Source: Squalus acanthias | Taxonomy: Eukaryota | Direction of reading: 5' to 3' | DNA length: 64,000 bases | Assembly: GCA_030390025.1 (NCBI GenBank) | Contig: CM059438.1 | Location: forward strand, 47,864,001 to 47,928,000 | Translations under genes and position numbers: made by a program | Part shown: piece after piece, positions 48,879-60,943 of the stretch | How the letters are laid out: each line of letters opens with the position of its first letter | Position numbering within the stretch: position 1 is the first letter of the stretch | The notes under the pieces: generated by a model | What the model was told of the DNA's origin: nothing | The model's input: only the letters and a program-made list of their open reading frames with translations | Database searches by the model: none

Positions 48879-49636
48879 AAAAGAGTTGGGTTAGGGCACA
48901 TTGGAAATAGAAGAATTGGGAGGGGGAGGAGGGGGGTCGAGGAGAAGTAGTGCTTCATTTTGTAAAAGTTTCATTTAAACTTCTTTTAGTGGTGGCTTAA
49001 TAATCATAGTAATAAACCTGCTCCTGCCATCTGAGTTGCTTTATTACTTTAATAACTGTGCACTGAACTGAAAACAAAAACAAACACAACTGGCCCAAGA
49101 AATTTGGGATCCCCGGGAGCTGCCGGCATTTTCAGAAAGTGAAATCGAGACAGAATACAATCTGCTGAATTTCCTCTATTGCTACACTAACATTCTTCAC
49201 AGTCGACATAGAAACATGAAGAAAACAAAATCAACTATTGAATTGGTTCTCCTCCTTTGCACTATTTTGAATCCAGATTAACACTATTTTCACTGCGACA
49301 AACTTTTTTGCTCATTTCAAAAGTTAGGGTGAGAAAAATAAAGGCGGACAAAAATGTCCCTGAAGTGGAATTACTTCAGTGGGGAAAAAAAAGTGTGCTA
49401 CCGAGAGTTTTACTAAAATTGCTGGGACAGGTTTTGAAAGTGTAGTACCTGTAATTCCGTGGCAAAAATATTCACAAATAAATCAATAATTCAAGGCTAA
49501 TGACTGGCCCTTGAAGGGGCACATTAAGCCCAAATGGTTGCGTTTATCCAAGAAATCCAAAAGAGACACTTTTTTACAACTACAAGAGAGGAACTATCTG
49601 CATTTGCCACAGTTTCCGTGTGTTAGGTGTCCACCT

Positions 49637-50175
49637 CTAAATGTCCGACACTTGAGACAGAATCCAGGTTCTGGGGTTGAGCTTGGCCCTGATGGAGCCC
49701 TTCTGACGGGGAGCGGGTACGGGCCTGTCGGGCGGGCCAGGAGGCCTGGCGGCTGCTGCCTGGGCCGTATCTTCACCCGGGCCCTGGCTGGCCGGCCGGT
49801 GCTCCGGACGAGGCGGTGCTGGTGCACGGTCCGGCGAGGAGCCTCTGACGGAGGAACGCGGGGCTCGCCAGGAGTTCTCTTCCTGGCTCCGGTCTGGGCG
49901 GGGATCCCCCGGCTGGTACGGCTGCTTCCCCGCCGGCGGAGCGGGAGCCGGCCTCTTCTTGGCTCTCCCCGGCGACGTTAGGGCGGGCTCACCCGTCCCA
50001 TCCGGCGTCAGTACGTTCTTCTGGACGACTATGTTGTGGGTGCCGTCAAACAGAGCTGCCCACCGAGGAGGGTCGGACTCCTTCTGCTGACCCAGCAGGA
50101 ACTCGCCGTCCGTTTCCTGGATTCGATTACGGATAACGTCCAACAGACTCTCGTCCTTCAGCGGAGACTCGACCT
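49637..50175 (-). CDS. RTKN2: RTKN2 terminal coding exon
   Basis: TTTTACAG acceptor; (K)VESPLKDESLLDVIRNRIQETDGEFLLGQ...WAALFDG...KKRPAPAPP...PVPAPRQK...LNPRTWILSQVSDI*; this is the real 3' part of ORF 49637-51130. Confidence 0.92.
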
Positions 50176-50335
50176 CTGTAAAACACGGAACGCAGCTGAT
50201 TATGGGGCTGTTTACTGGTGGCGGGATGGAGTCACAATTCACTTGCGGCTCAATGCCAACAGTTTGATTATTTGAACACACCCTTCCCCCCCAAAATCTC
50301 TGCATGGTAGACATGTTAAAAAAAATGGTGGTACA

Positions 50336-51020
50336 AGAGAGCGAGAGGGCGGCGGGCCCAGAGAGAGGGGGGGGGGGCGGAGGGACCAGAGAGAGGGGGG
50401 GGGGGGCGGAGGGACCAGAGAGAGGGGGGGGGGCGGAGGGACCAGAGAGAGAGGGGGGGGCGGAGGGACCAGAGAGAGAGGGAGGCAAGGAGGGACCAGA
50501 GAGAGAGGGAGGCGGAGGGACCAGAGAGAGGGAGGCGGAGGGACCAGAGAGAGAGGGAGGCGGAGGGACCAGAGAGAGAGGGGGGCGGAGGGACCAGAGA
50601 GAGGGGGGAGGAGGGACCAGAGAGAGGGGGGCGGAGGGACCAGAGAGAGGGGGGGCGGAGGGACCAGAGAGAGGGGGGAGGCGGGCCCAGAGAGAGGGGG
50701 GAGGCGGAGAGAGAGGGGGGGAGGCGGAGAGAGAGGGGGGAGGCGGGCCCAGAGAGAGGGGGGAGGCGGGCCCAGAGAGAGGGGGGAGGAGGGACCAGAG
50801 AGAGGGGGGAGGAGGGACCAGAGAGAGGGGGCGGAGGAGGGACCAGAGAGAGGGGGCGGAGGAGGGACCAGAGAGAGGGGGGGGAGGAGGGACCAGAGAG
50901 AGGGGGGGGAGGAGGGACCAGAGAGAGGGGGGTGAGGAGGGACCAGAGAGAGGGGGCGGAGGATCCAGAGAGAGGGGGCGGAGGATCCAGAGAGAGGGGG
51001 GCGGAGGGACCAGAGAGGAA
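50336..51020. repeat. Purine-rich ~24-bp minisatellite in RTKN2 last intron
   Basis: Variable unit GGCGGAGGGACCAGAGAGAGGGGG; almost no T on plus; source of the Pro/Leu/Ser and Gly/Glu/Arg ORFs. Confidence 0.95.
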
Positions 51021-52157
51021 GTGGTGGAGAGAGAGGGGAAAGAAAGGGTAAGAGAGAGGGAATGAAAAAGGGAGGGAGAGAGGTGAAGAGAAAAGGGGGA
51101 ACAAAAACTGATTTTTCTACTCTTATCCACAAGTAACTTAAGATCTGGTCAACTAGTTAATTTTTATTTTTATTTCTGTTCATATTCTGCAGATGTCACC
51201 ATTTAAAATCCCCCAAAGATCTTAAGCGTTTAAAGATCTGATTTCCAGAACTATTGAGAAATCACCAAGTATGGCAGAAATGGCGTGAATTGTGAGAAAT
51301 AACTTTCATTAAGTATTCGAGTATGTGGTCACAACAAGTTGTGAAAGTATTTTTTTGACGTTTCATTTCCTCTCGGTTCAGCAGTTTACCTGAATCACCG
51401 AGTGTGGACACATTGTGACTCACCAGCAATGCTGGGAATTATGATTAGCTACTGCACAACATTAAATATCCCATGGTGGGAATCAGACCGTATATGGTAA
51501 CAGCTGCAGGAAGATGTGGATTATTCACTGTGCTCAGTGATTTAAGTGTATTGTTTTTCCTCGCAGCCTTCCAAATTACTGTACAAATCATTAACGTGCT
51601 CACAATGGCCTTTTGTATAGACACTGTATGTGGGAAATAGCATTACAAATATGTTCTATTAATAATGTAAATTGTAATTCAGAAAATGTTTGCAAACACT
51701 AAACTGCCCTTTCACGGCATGGGACCGGCTCAGTGCATGTGGCATTAAACAATGGCATACAGCCCCACCTAGTGCTGAGACTGTAAACAGCAGCCGCTAT
51801 ACTTTTACAAACAAATACCACTTCCTTCTCCAATATGGAAAGTCGGATTATCGATAGGGCTGACTTTGGTTAAGGGAAGTGTATGCAAAAACCTGCCGGA
51901 CTGTAAGCACATTTACGAGCATAGGATTTAGTCATACCGTGAAGTCTATATTACAAAACATCCACAAATAGGTTAGCCAGAGTGTCTCATCCAAAGAGTC
52001 GGAGGCGCACAGCGCACGAGACAGAAGCCAATGTAATCGAGGACTGATGTAGAGAATGGAATCTAGGTTCCTTCAGAGGCGGTTATGTAGACACACTGCG
52101 CACGGGGATGTCTGAAAAGTCATCCGGCCTCCCACAGTATGTTACAATCAAATATGT

Positions 52158-52341
52158 GCTCCAATTCTGGCCTCTTGCGCATCCTCGATTTTAATCGCCC
52201 CACCACTGGCGGCCGTGCCTTCAGCTGTCGAGGCCCTGAGCTCTGGAATTCCAGCCCTAAACCTCTCCGCCTCTCTCTCGTCCTTTAAGACGCTCCTTAA
52301 AACCTACCTCTTTGACCAAGCTTTTGGTCACCTGGCCTAAT
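52158..52341 (+). mobile_element. L2-clade LINE fragment
   Basis: CCAATTCTGGCCTCTTGCGCATCC...GGCGGCCGTGCCTTCAGCTG...AAAACCTACCTCTTTGACCAAGCTTTTGGTCACC. Confidence 0.85.
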
Positions 52342-52677
52342 GCCATACAGCATGGCTTGTTTTTTTTTTTTAAAAACACCTCTCTCTAAAAATAAGAAAA
52401 TTGCTGTAAATATTCTGGCCGTGAATCACTGGATTCAGTTATACAAGTTGCTGGTGTTTTAACCCTCCACACACACTATCACTGGCACATAGCAAGGTCG
52501 TAAGAAGCAAACCTGCTTAAAGCAGGCTCCTCAGACACACGGGCGGGCGGGGGGGGAGGCAAGAGAGGGAGAGATCTCCTTTGAGTGCTATAGGCAACAA
52601 AACCAGAAACCCCTTTATGAAGAACGGGTTTGCAATTCCATCCCAGTTGAAATCCCCATCTCGTCCCACTGACCCCG

Positions 52678-53308
52678 GTTAAAAAGGCATATGGGATACT
52701 TGCCTTCATTAGCCGAGGCACAGAATATAAGAGCAGGGAGGTTATGATGGAGCTGTACAAAACGCTAGTTAGGCCACAGCTGGAATACTGTGTGCAGTTC
52801 TGGTCGCCACACTATAGGAAGGATGTGATTGCATTGGAGAGGGTGCAGAGGAGATTCACCAGGATGTTACCTGGGCTGGAGCGCTTCAGCTATGAAGAGA
52901 CTGGACAAGCTGGGGTTGTTTTCCTTAGAGCAGAGAAGGCTGAGGGGGGACCTGATTGAGGTGTACAAAATTATGAGGGGCATAGATAGGGTAGATAGAA
53001 AGGAACTTTTCCCCTTAGTAGAGGGGTCAATAACCAGGGGGCATAGTTTTAAGGTAAGGGGCAGGAGGTTTCGAGGGAATTTGAGGAAAAACTTTTTGGT
53101 TGGAATCTGGAACTCACTGCCTGAAAGGGTGGTAGAGGCAGGAAACCTCACAATATTCAAGAAGCATTTAGATGAGCACTTGAAACGCCATAGCATACAA
53201 GGCTACGGACCAAGTGCTGGAAAATGGGATTAGAATAGACAGGGCTTGATGGCCGGCGCGGACACGATGGGCCGAAGGGCCTCTTTCTGTGCTTTATGAC
53301 TCTTATGA
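52678..53308 (+). mobile_element. CR1 LINE 3' fragment
   Basis: ORFs 52744 (LYKTLVRPQLEYCVQFWSPHYRKD) and 52829 (RRLRGDLIEVYKIM...WNSLP) joined by a frameshift. Confidence 0.93.
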
Positions 53309-54060
53309 CCCCGCAGGTCAACTGACAATTTGTAGTCATGCTCTTAAATTAAAAACCTCCGCCCATTAATCAGAAGCAGGCAGGATCAGGGAAGAGAGAA
53401 TCGGTGATCGGATCCCTGAACAGCACAGAAATCAATAAAAGCAGCCAGCCCATTTCTTGCTTTAGTCATTTGTTGAAATCCCGGTACAAAGGAGACATAA
53501 ACAACCTGTAGAAATATGAAGTGTATTAGACCCGAGTTTTAAGGCGGGGGGGGGGGGGGGGGGGAAGGACCAAAAAGAGAACTGTGCCAAATATTGTATT
53601 TATGCTTTGCTTGGAACTGGAGAATTAAGAACTTAATCTAAAAGAATACTGCAGACAAATAAGGAGTTAAAGAACAATGCAGCATACAAAGTTACGATGA
53701 AGTACAATTTTCACCCTGGCACATTTCAAAGAATGTGCCTTTGCACTTGACTAGACAGGCAATAAAATGAAACACAAAACAGTTGTAACACAGAAAATAT
53801 TAATAAAACCGAGAGAGTACAAACCCAAGAAATGTATTCAAAAGGCTGACATTTCCCAGCAGTTTCCAGTCATAGATTTGGGTAACCTGACCCATATTAA
53901 AATTCACTTCACTCGATGCCATCATTGCTGGTTAAATCATGCAGCTCCAAATTATGCGCGGAGTAGCATTTTTTTTGTTTTATATAGGGGAACCATTTGA
54001 ATTCCAAACAATGATTCTTTTATAACAAGGACCCATTTAGAAAAGGCAAGGGCCACTTAC

Positions 54061-54168
54061 TCATATCGTGGTAGACTGAAGTTGCTTGTTTTGTGAGGAA
54101 TAAAGGTGGTTTCCGTGGTGACATAATCTCAATTTTCATAAGCTCTTTGCAACAATGCTTCCACTGGC
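54061..54168 (-). CDS. RTKN2: RTKN2 penultimate coding exon (108 nt)
   Basis: TTTCAG acceptor; (S)QWKHCCKELMKIEIMSPRKPPLFLTKQATSVYHDM; GTAAGT donor; phase 1/1. Not shown in the ORF track. Confidence 0.94.
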
Positions 54169-54557
54169 CTGAAAGTTAAAACACAGCCATTACTGGAATT
54201 TAAAGAAAAAAAAGAGAATTAAAACAGACCCTCTCTTTTAATGGGAATCTGGGAAATTTCTAGTACTGCAGCATTTACCGAGCAAGGAATTACTTTGCAG
54301 AAATCAGAAACTATTCAAGAATTTAAAGAGTTTTTTTTTAAAAGAACGACCTGCCCGTGAAAAGCTGTAAATTGAATTACGTTGTTACAAGGCTTTTTTG
54401 TTGTGAAGAAAATAAAGATGAAGTTGTTCAGGAAGTTAGTTCTGCTCCCTAATCTTGCTGGTGTAATGAGTAAAACTAGAATTATAGAAATTACAGCGAA
54501 GACAGCCATTCTGCTCATCGTGCCTGTGCTGCTACTTGCCCTTCAACTGCAGATATC

Positions 54558-54715
54558 TAGGAATATAGGAACAGGAGGAGGCCATTCAGCCCCTCGAGCC
54601 TGCTCCGCCATTCAATTAAATCATGGCTGATCTGTACCTCGACTACATTTACCCGCCGCCTTTTCTCCATATCCCTGGATACCCTTATAAACAAAAATCT
54701 ATCAAACTCAGTCAT
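54558..54715 (-). mobile_element. Short CR1 3' end (HER1-like tail)
   Basis: ATAGGAACAGGAGGAGGCCATTCAGCCCCTCGAGCCTGCTCCGCCATTCAAT. Confidence 0.8.
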
Positions 54716-55872
54716 AAAAGTTCTAATCTTTACTTCCCTGGCCTTTCCACATATCTCTTCTATACTCTTACTAGTCGATCTCCCGTGGCATTGCTCACAA
54801 GGTGTCAGGATAGTGTTGCAGCGAATATTGGGGCTATAACGCCACCTAATGGCTGCAGCCTGCAACTACGCCATCACCAGCCTCTGTTTACATAGCAAAT
54901 TCCCCGTTATAGCTCATCACATTGGCATTTTGAACGTTAAATATCGACATAAAAGGCTGGATCAAAAATCCTGAAAGGAAAGCCACGCATGCACAAGATT
55001 TTAAATACATTACTAGTCAATCTCTCGTGGTGCTGGGAGAAAAAGAGTAAGTGCAGCCTTCAGATGAGGCGGGGGATAATTGGGCTCGGATGCACAGATG
55101 TAATTCAGTCCCCATTTTAAATTCATACATCTGCCCTTATTTTTATATTTCCATTATAAAATTCCTGGGGCGATGGTGTAAATCAGGAAACCTCAACAGA
55201 AAGGAAAATTGGGCAGGGTGTATAATGGCAGCTGATCCACTATCGCCCGTTCACCACCATCGCCTAAAGTCAAAATTAACCCTCTGGGAACCATAGGTCT
55301 AAAGTCATCTGTTCCTCCCAAGGATGCGACACTCACCACGTCATGTCTCAAATAATTCACATCCTTGCTGAAAAAACCCCTACCTAATTTGCAATTGAAT
55401 GAATCACTATCATCTGCTTTCACCGTCTCCCTCGGGAGCCTGCTTCATAGATTGACCACCCACTCACTGAAATATTGTTTCCGCAGATTCGTTCTGAGTT
55501 TACGCCCCTTCAAGTGCAGTTAGACAAGAAACTGGGACTGGACAGTGAAGGGCAACATCGTGATGCCGACGATCAGACCACTGAGCGCGATCCTCTCAGC
55601 TGACACAAGAGGTACAAGTTGGCTGACAGTAATCTCAGATTTTTTTAAAAAAACGAAGTCAATTAAAAGTAAAAATGAGCGGCACTCAAATTCCAGTAAT
55701 ACGTGACTCAGCGATTGGCTCAGTGAGAACACTGTAACCTTCGACGAGAGAAGTGCATCGTCAGCGATCAACGGGCAAGGCAGCAGCATTTGGACTTTTG
55801 TTTATGGGGTAGCTGCATGCCGTGGAACCGCCGGCAACAGGCAGCTTTCGGCGCCGATCTCTGCCAACTCAC

Positions 55873-56038
55873 TCATATCACCAAAGTGCTGCCAGAAAGC
55901 CGCCATCCACCGCTGTAGATCATCCTTACAGTCCGTGGCAAACACCCTGCTCGTCGTCTCACCACTGTAGGGGTTGATGATGGAGAAACTGTGCGTTCTT
56001 CTCTTCGAATCTTTCTCCACGGTGCGGATTCTGGTTTC
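55873..56038 (-). CDS. RTKN2: RTKN2 internal exon, PH domain C-part (166 nt)
   Basis: CAG acceptor; ETRIRTVEKDSKRRTHSFSIINPYSGETTSRVFATDCKDDLQRWMAAFWQHFGDM; GTGAGT donor; phase 0 in, phase 1 out. Confidence 0.93.
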
Positions 56039-56107
56039 CTGCGCATTTCAATCACAATAGGTCAGGTGCCAATTGGTTTTTTTGCTACCCATTATGGTCC
56101 AGTAGAT

Positions 56108-56512
56108 CAACACAACAACTTGCATTTATAGAGCGCCTTTAAGAACATAAGAATTAGGAGCAGGAGTCGGCCATATGGCCCCTCGAGCCTGCTCCGCCAT
56201 TCAGTAAGATCATGGCTGATCTTCTACCTCAACTCCACTTTCCCGCCCGATCCCCACATCCCTTGATTCACAGGCGCATCATCAGACAAAAATCTGACCC
56301 ACAGCTAAGGAAGGCGATATTGGGGCAGGTGACCAAAAGCTAGGTCGAGATGTAGGTTTTAAAGAGCGTCTTAAGGGAGGAGAGAGAGGCGGAGAGGTTT
56401 AGGGAGGGAATTCCACAGCTTAGGGCCTCGGCGGCTGAAGGCACGGCCGCCAATGGCGGAGCGATTAAAATCGGGGGTTCACACGAGGGGCCAGAATTGG
56501 AGGAACGCACAA
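56108..56512 (-). mobile_element. L2 3' fragment containing a CR1-type tail (~56141-56268)
   Basis: (CAA)n CTTGCATTTATAGAGCGCCTTT, then AAGAACATAAGAATTAGGAGCAGGAGTCGGCC..., then L2 resumes. Confidence 0.8.
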
Positions 56513-57539
56513 ACCTTAAAAACAAAGCAGCAGATTGAAGTTACCACAGGGAAACAGGCCATTCGGCCCAACCAGTCCGTGTCAGCGTTCACCCGCCACG
56601 CAAACAAACATTGACCCTGTTCCCACATCTCTTTCCATAGTTCAGTGATTTCCTGAAATCGACGCTTTCAACATGCCGACCCCCCAAAAAAGTGACAAGT
56701 GCAAAGCGGCAATAAGAGGGCTTAACTTTAAAAGCTTGCTCTCCTCACACCAAAGTGCTCACCAGTTACTTGCCATTGCCCAGTGAGAGAGGATGGCAAA
56801 CTCTCCCATCATTATTCCCAGTTATTAAATACACCCTGCTCTATATACACAACCATATGGTGCCTATGTGGCCTTCATACCAGGAAGCTGCTCTGTGCTG
56901 TTAGCTGATGTCACGGGAGGGGGGGTGCTATAATCGGCCTCTTTGTGCCAGCGCGGGTCTTCCTATTCCCATCTAGTGACCCTATGTTGGAGTGTGTGTT
57001 TACACGCGTGTGTCTATGTGTGGATCTTGGGCGACAACAGGATTGGGTTTGGAAGTGAACAGCCTGATGACATTCACCAACTAGGTTTGCACATGTAAAA
57101 ATGCCCGCTTGGGGACGAGGAAAGACAACCAGCGTTAATTTCCAATAAATACATGACATCATGAGGTTCGAAAAATGGGGGTGGGGTGGGGGCGGGTGGG
57201 GCTTTCATGGCAATAGAAAAAAAACTCTACAACAAAAAGTGAACCCAGATACCCAGTCATCTTCTAGTCATTTATTTATAGATGCAAACAGGAGCTACAT
57301 TAACAAGGAAGAAAAACTCGAATGAGGTTGCCAACAGGAGTTTCATACTCGGGTCCCACAACCGTAAGCAACTAGGGTCAGATTACCTTCAAGTCAATTT
57401 TTTTTTACTGACAGCAGAACAAGGAAGACTTGGAGCCCGTCATTCCGAGTCAAGCCCCGGAGTGCTAATAAACCCAGTGCACCACTCGGTCTTCAGACAG
57501 TCCGCATTGAGCAAGTACTAGACCCCATGACACTTCAGA

Positions 57540-57742
57540 GAGGAGCTGATGTCCTGGCCAACATTCCTCCCTGAAGCACCACCAAAAACTAATTGACTGT
57601 TGGTTTATCGCATCCGCTGTCTGTGGGAGCTTGCTATGTGCAGACTGTGTTCTGCTGTGTCTGCCTACATAACATTAACTATTCTTTACACCACTTCGGG
57701 ATGCTGAGCGCTTAATAAAAAGGTGCTATATAAATGCAAGTA
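57540..57742 (+). mobile_element. Degenerate Deu-domain SINE 3' half
   Basis: TGTCCTGGCCAACATT...TGTGGGAGCTTGCTATGTGC...AAAGGTGCTATATAAATGCAAG. Confidence 0.65.
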
Positions 57743-58042
57743 CATTAAAAAAAAAAAATCAATTTAAATACATTGGGAACCAATTAATGCTGGACAACTT
57801 CCCTTGCTCTAATCAGGGTGTTTGCCAATTAATGTGTGTAGACTCTCCCCAGTACGCTAACAAATTATTGCTTCGATTTTACAAACTGGGTGAGTAAACA
57901 CTATTTATTTGCTTCCGAACAGTTCAGGCTGGTTTGTAACATGTGGACCAATAGTTCTCCTCGTTCCCTCCCCTCCCAGCACAGCCAAATGTCACAAAAT
58001 GTAACAGGAGGCTTCCTCGCAACCAATGGTTCAATACTGCAC

Positions 58043-58174
58043 CTTATCAATGGCAAGTTTTAGTGTGGGATCCACCTGTGCCTCGATTTCTTCAGGAGAG
58101 TAATACGCCATGAGAGAGCCACTTCTCAGGACACAGTACAGCCTCGTCCAGTTAGGCACGCCTCCTACAATTTG
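58043..58174 (-). CDS. RTKN2: RTKN2 (rhotekin-2) internal exon, PH domain N-part (132 nt)
   Basis: Minus-strand (TC)n tract then CAG acceptor; QIVGGVPNWTRLYCVLRSGSLMAYYSPEEIEAQVDPTLKLAIDK; GT donor at 58042-58041. Confidence 0.92.
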
Positions 58175-59564
58175 CTGGAAGAAAGAGAGAGAGAGAGAGA
58201 GAGAGAGATGCAGCTCTTGAATGACAATATTCATAAACACTCTGCCCCCCCGCCCCACCGTGGCTGACAGGTTCACACTAATTAAAGACAAGGGAGAGCC
58301 GCTCCAATCACTGTACGCCCCCGAAAACCATCACTGCGCTCCGGGATGGGGCGCGCACATCGATCTGTTGCGACTGCGCAGTGGAGTGAGCGCCACGACT
58401 CCAACAGTCCTTCTGGCTCCCTCGCAATCTGGCTCGCGATAATATCGGAAAGGATGCTTTGCTCCTGCTGTATTAGCAGATGAGAAGTGACACACAAAAA
58501 GATCTCAATTATGATGTGTTGTTCGTTGTGAAGGGAGCACAGTGAAGCGGGCTGGTGAAAGCGCTCGGTAAGCTTCATTCTTTGTGTGGTAGTGTTTACT
58601 TACAGAAGAGGCCTATTACAGCTGCACTTACTTGGGACGCTTTAGGGCAAGACAGGCTTCCTAATGTAACTAATAGAACGTGTAACTGCTATGTTGAAAG
58701 ACTTTTCAAACATTTAAAAACTTTCTTTCCCAGTACAACATGCTTCACACTCTCATCAGTCGAAAAGTCTCTCTGCGCCAGTGAATACTTTGACAATCTA
58801 CTTAATATTTGCGATCCCTGCCAGTGCAAGTGGTTTTCACTTGGAGGGATATCTGAGGGCTGGCAAACAACAGGGCAATTCAATACATATAGGCTGCTTG
58901 CAATTGCTATTTACACTAACTTCATTTACACCAGGAATGGGGGAGGTGCAGCGTTGGCAAAACGCCCTGAAAATCCACTTCGACATGGTTAGTAAAATCA
59001 TTGATCAAAAGGATGCAGACCTTCACTTTGAAATTAGGTTTTATTGAGTCGGTAAAACAACACAGAAAATGAATTAGTTCTGGGACCAGATACTGGAGGA
59101 GTGCCCAGTGTTTTAAAATTCAACATTGTAAAAGTGGTTTCCTACTAAATACTGGGAAAGCAGCCTCTTGTTTCTTACACAGCAGCTGATCTGCTCCCGT
59201 TTTATTCCTTTTACCACAACAAAAATCCGAAACTAACTCCGGGAAGAGGTCAGTGCCTCAGACATCTCCGAGGCTTTTCACGGCAGACAAGGTGCCGTCA
59301 TGACAGGAGCAGCAACATCGCACCAGGGAAGTGTGTGGTGGGAACAGCACCTCACCCACTCCCCACACACCGCCGGCAGCTCACAGGGCACGCGGCTCAT
59401 AACCACGACCAGCGGATCGAGGGCAGCGGTCAGTCAAAGGTGACGCCAATGATCAAACGCCACCCGTCCATCAGTTGCCTTCCCATTCAAAGCACCGCGC
59501 AACCGGAAAACCTGGTAACTGAATAACACAGGGACAATGGGAAAAGCCCAAGATTTCTTCAGGT

Positions 59565-60120
59565 CTTCTTCTTCTTAGGCAGTCCCTTGGAACCGAGGAT
59601 GACTTGCTTCCACACTAAAAATCAGTTCTCAGGTGACTGATGAGTCCAATGCGGGACCTACAGTCTGTCACAGGTGGGGCAGACGGTGGTTGAAGGGGTG
59701 GGTGGGTGGGGTGCTTGGGTTGACGTTCGCTCCTTGCGCTGCCTGGGCTTGGCTTCCGCTTGCTCCCGGCGAAGAGACTCGAGGTGTTCGGCACCTTCCC
59801 GGATGCTTCTCCTCCACTTTGTGCGGTCTTGGGCCAGGGATTCCCAGGTGTCGGTGGGGCTGTTGCACTTTTTCCAAGGAGGCTTTGAGGGTGTCCTTGA
59901 AGTGTTTCCTCTGCCCACCTGGGGCTCTCTTGCCGTGTCGGAGCTCCGAGTAGAGCGCTTGTTTTGGGAGTCTCGTATCGGGCATGCGGACGATGTGACC
60001 TGTCCATCGGAGCTGATCGAGCGTAGTCAAAGCTTCGATGCTGGGGATGTTGGCCTGAGCGAGAACACTGACGTTGGTGCGCCTATCCTGCCAATGGATT
60101 TGCAGGATCTTGCGGAGGCT
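59565..60120 (-). mobile_element. 5'-truncated RTE-clade LINE with (AAG)n tail and TSD
   Basis: ORF 59668-60030 QLRWTGHIVRMPDTRLPKQALYSEL...GGQRKHFKDTLK; C-terminal CPTCDR; TTCTTCAGGT repeated at 59555-59564 and 60123-60132. Confidence 0.9.
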
Positions 60121-60943
60121 GATTCTTCAGGTGCCTGTTTGATGGAAGGAAAGATTCCCCAACTCTCCTGTTGCATGCAAAAATTCCTTCAAATATGGGA
60201 ACCCTGCCCTGAAGTGGAGTGACTGGATATAGGGAGTGCCAGGCCTAGTTCAATTACTGTACAAAGGCACGACCGACAAGCTCAGTGAACCTTGTCAAGT
60301 GTCAGATGCTGACAGCAATCACTCCGCTCCATGAGGGTTGGAGGAGGTGGGAATGAAATCTGTTACTGCATGTTCTGGTGGCAATCACTCTGGTCCCTTG
60401 CAACCACTTAAAAAAAAAAACTAAAGCAGTGTCTACTTCAATAATAAGAATGCATAATCGAACAGGCCACTGGAATAGGATTTACAATTTGCTGCAGAAA
60501 ATAAACCACCGATTCACGTGCTGACGTTCGGCACATCCAGGATTAGTTGACGGTTTTAAAAAACACTGGAAGGTTTCCATCGGACCCAGCTGTTAGTTTA
60601 GATGGAGCTTGTTTTGTTATGCTGGCTAGAGATGTGCTGAGTGTAACAAGATGGAAACAGTATGCAAATGCTCCCCAGTAATCACATCTAACCATCTGTA
60701 CACAGAGCAGAGCAGAGCAGTTTTTCCTCAATCAAGCCTGTACTTTCGGATGCTGGCCTGCCGAGTGCGTCGATCAAACTGCTGATGTGTGAAACCGAGA
60801 TGATCGCTTTGTGTGTTTAATCATTCTTTATAGTTTATTATGCAAGTTGTTGAAGTTGCTCCATCATTTTCCCCAGTATCTACACGATGGAGGCAATGAG
60901 TTTAAAGGAGCAGGCTGACCTCTCCCTGACCTACCTAAAATGC

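Noticed and set aside
50176-51132. Pro/Leu/Ser-rich and Gly/Glu/Arg-rich ORFs, including the N-terminal part of ORF 49637-51130
   Set aside because: Derived from the purine-rich minisatellite; the true RTKN2 exon begins at the acceptor at 50175.
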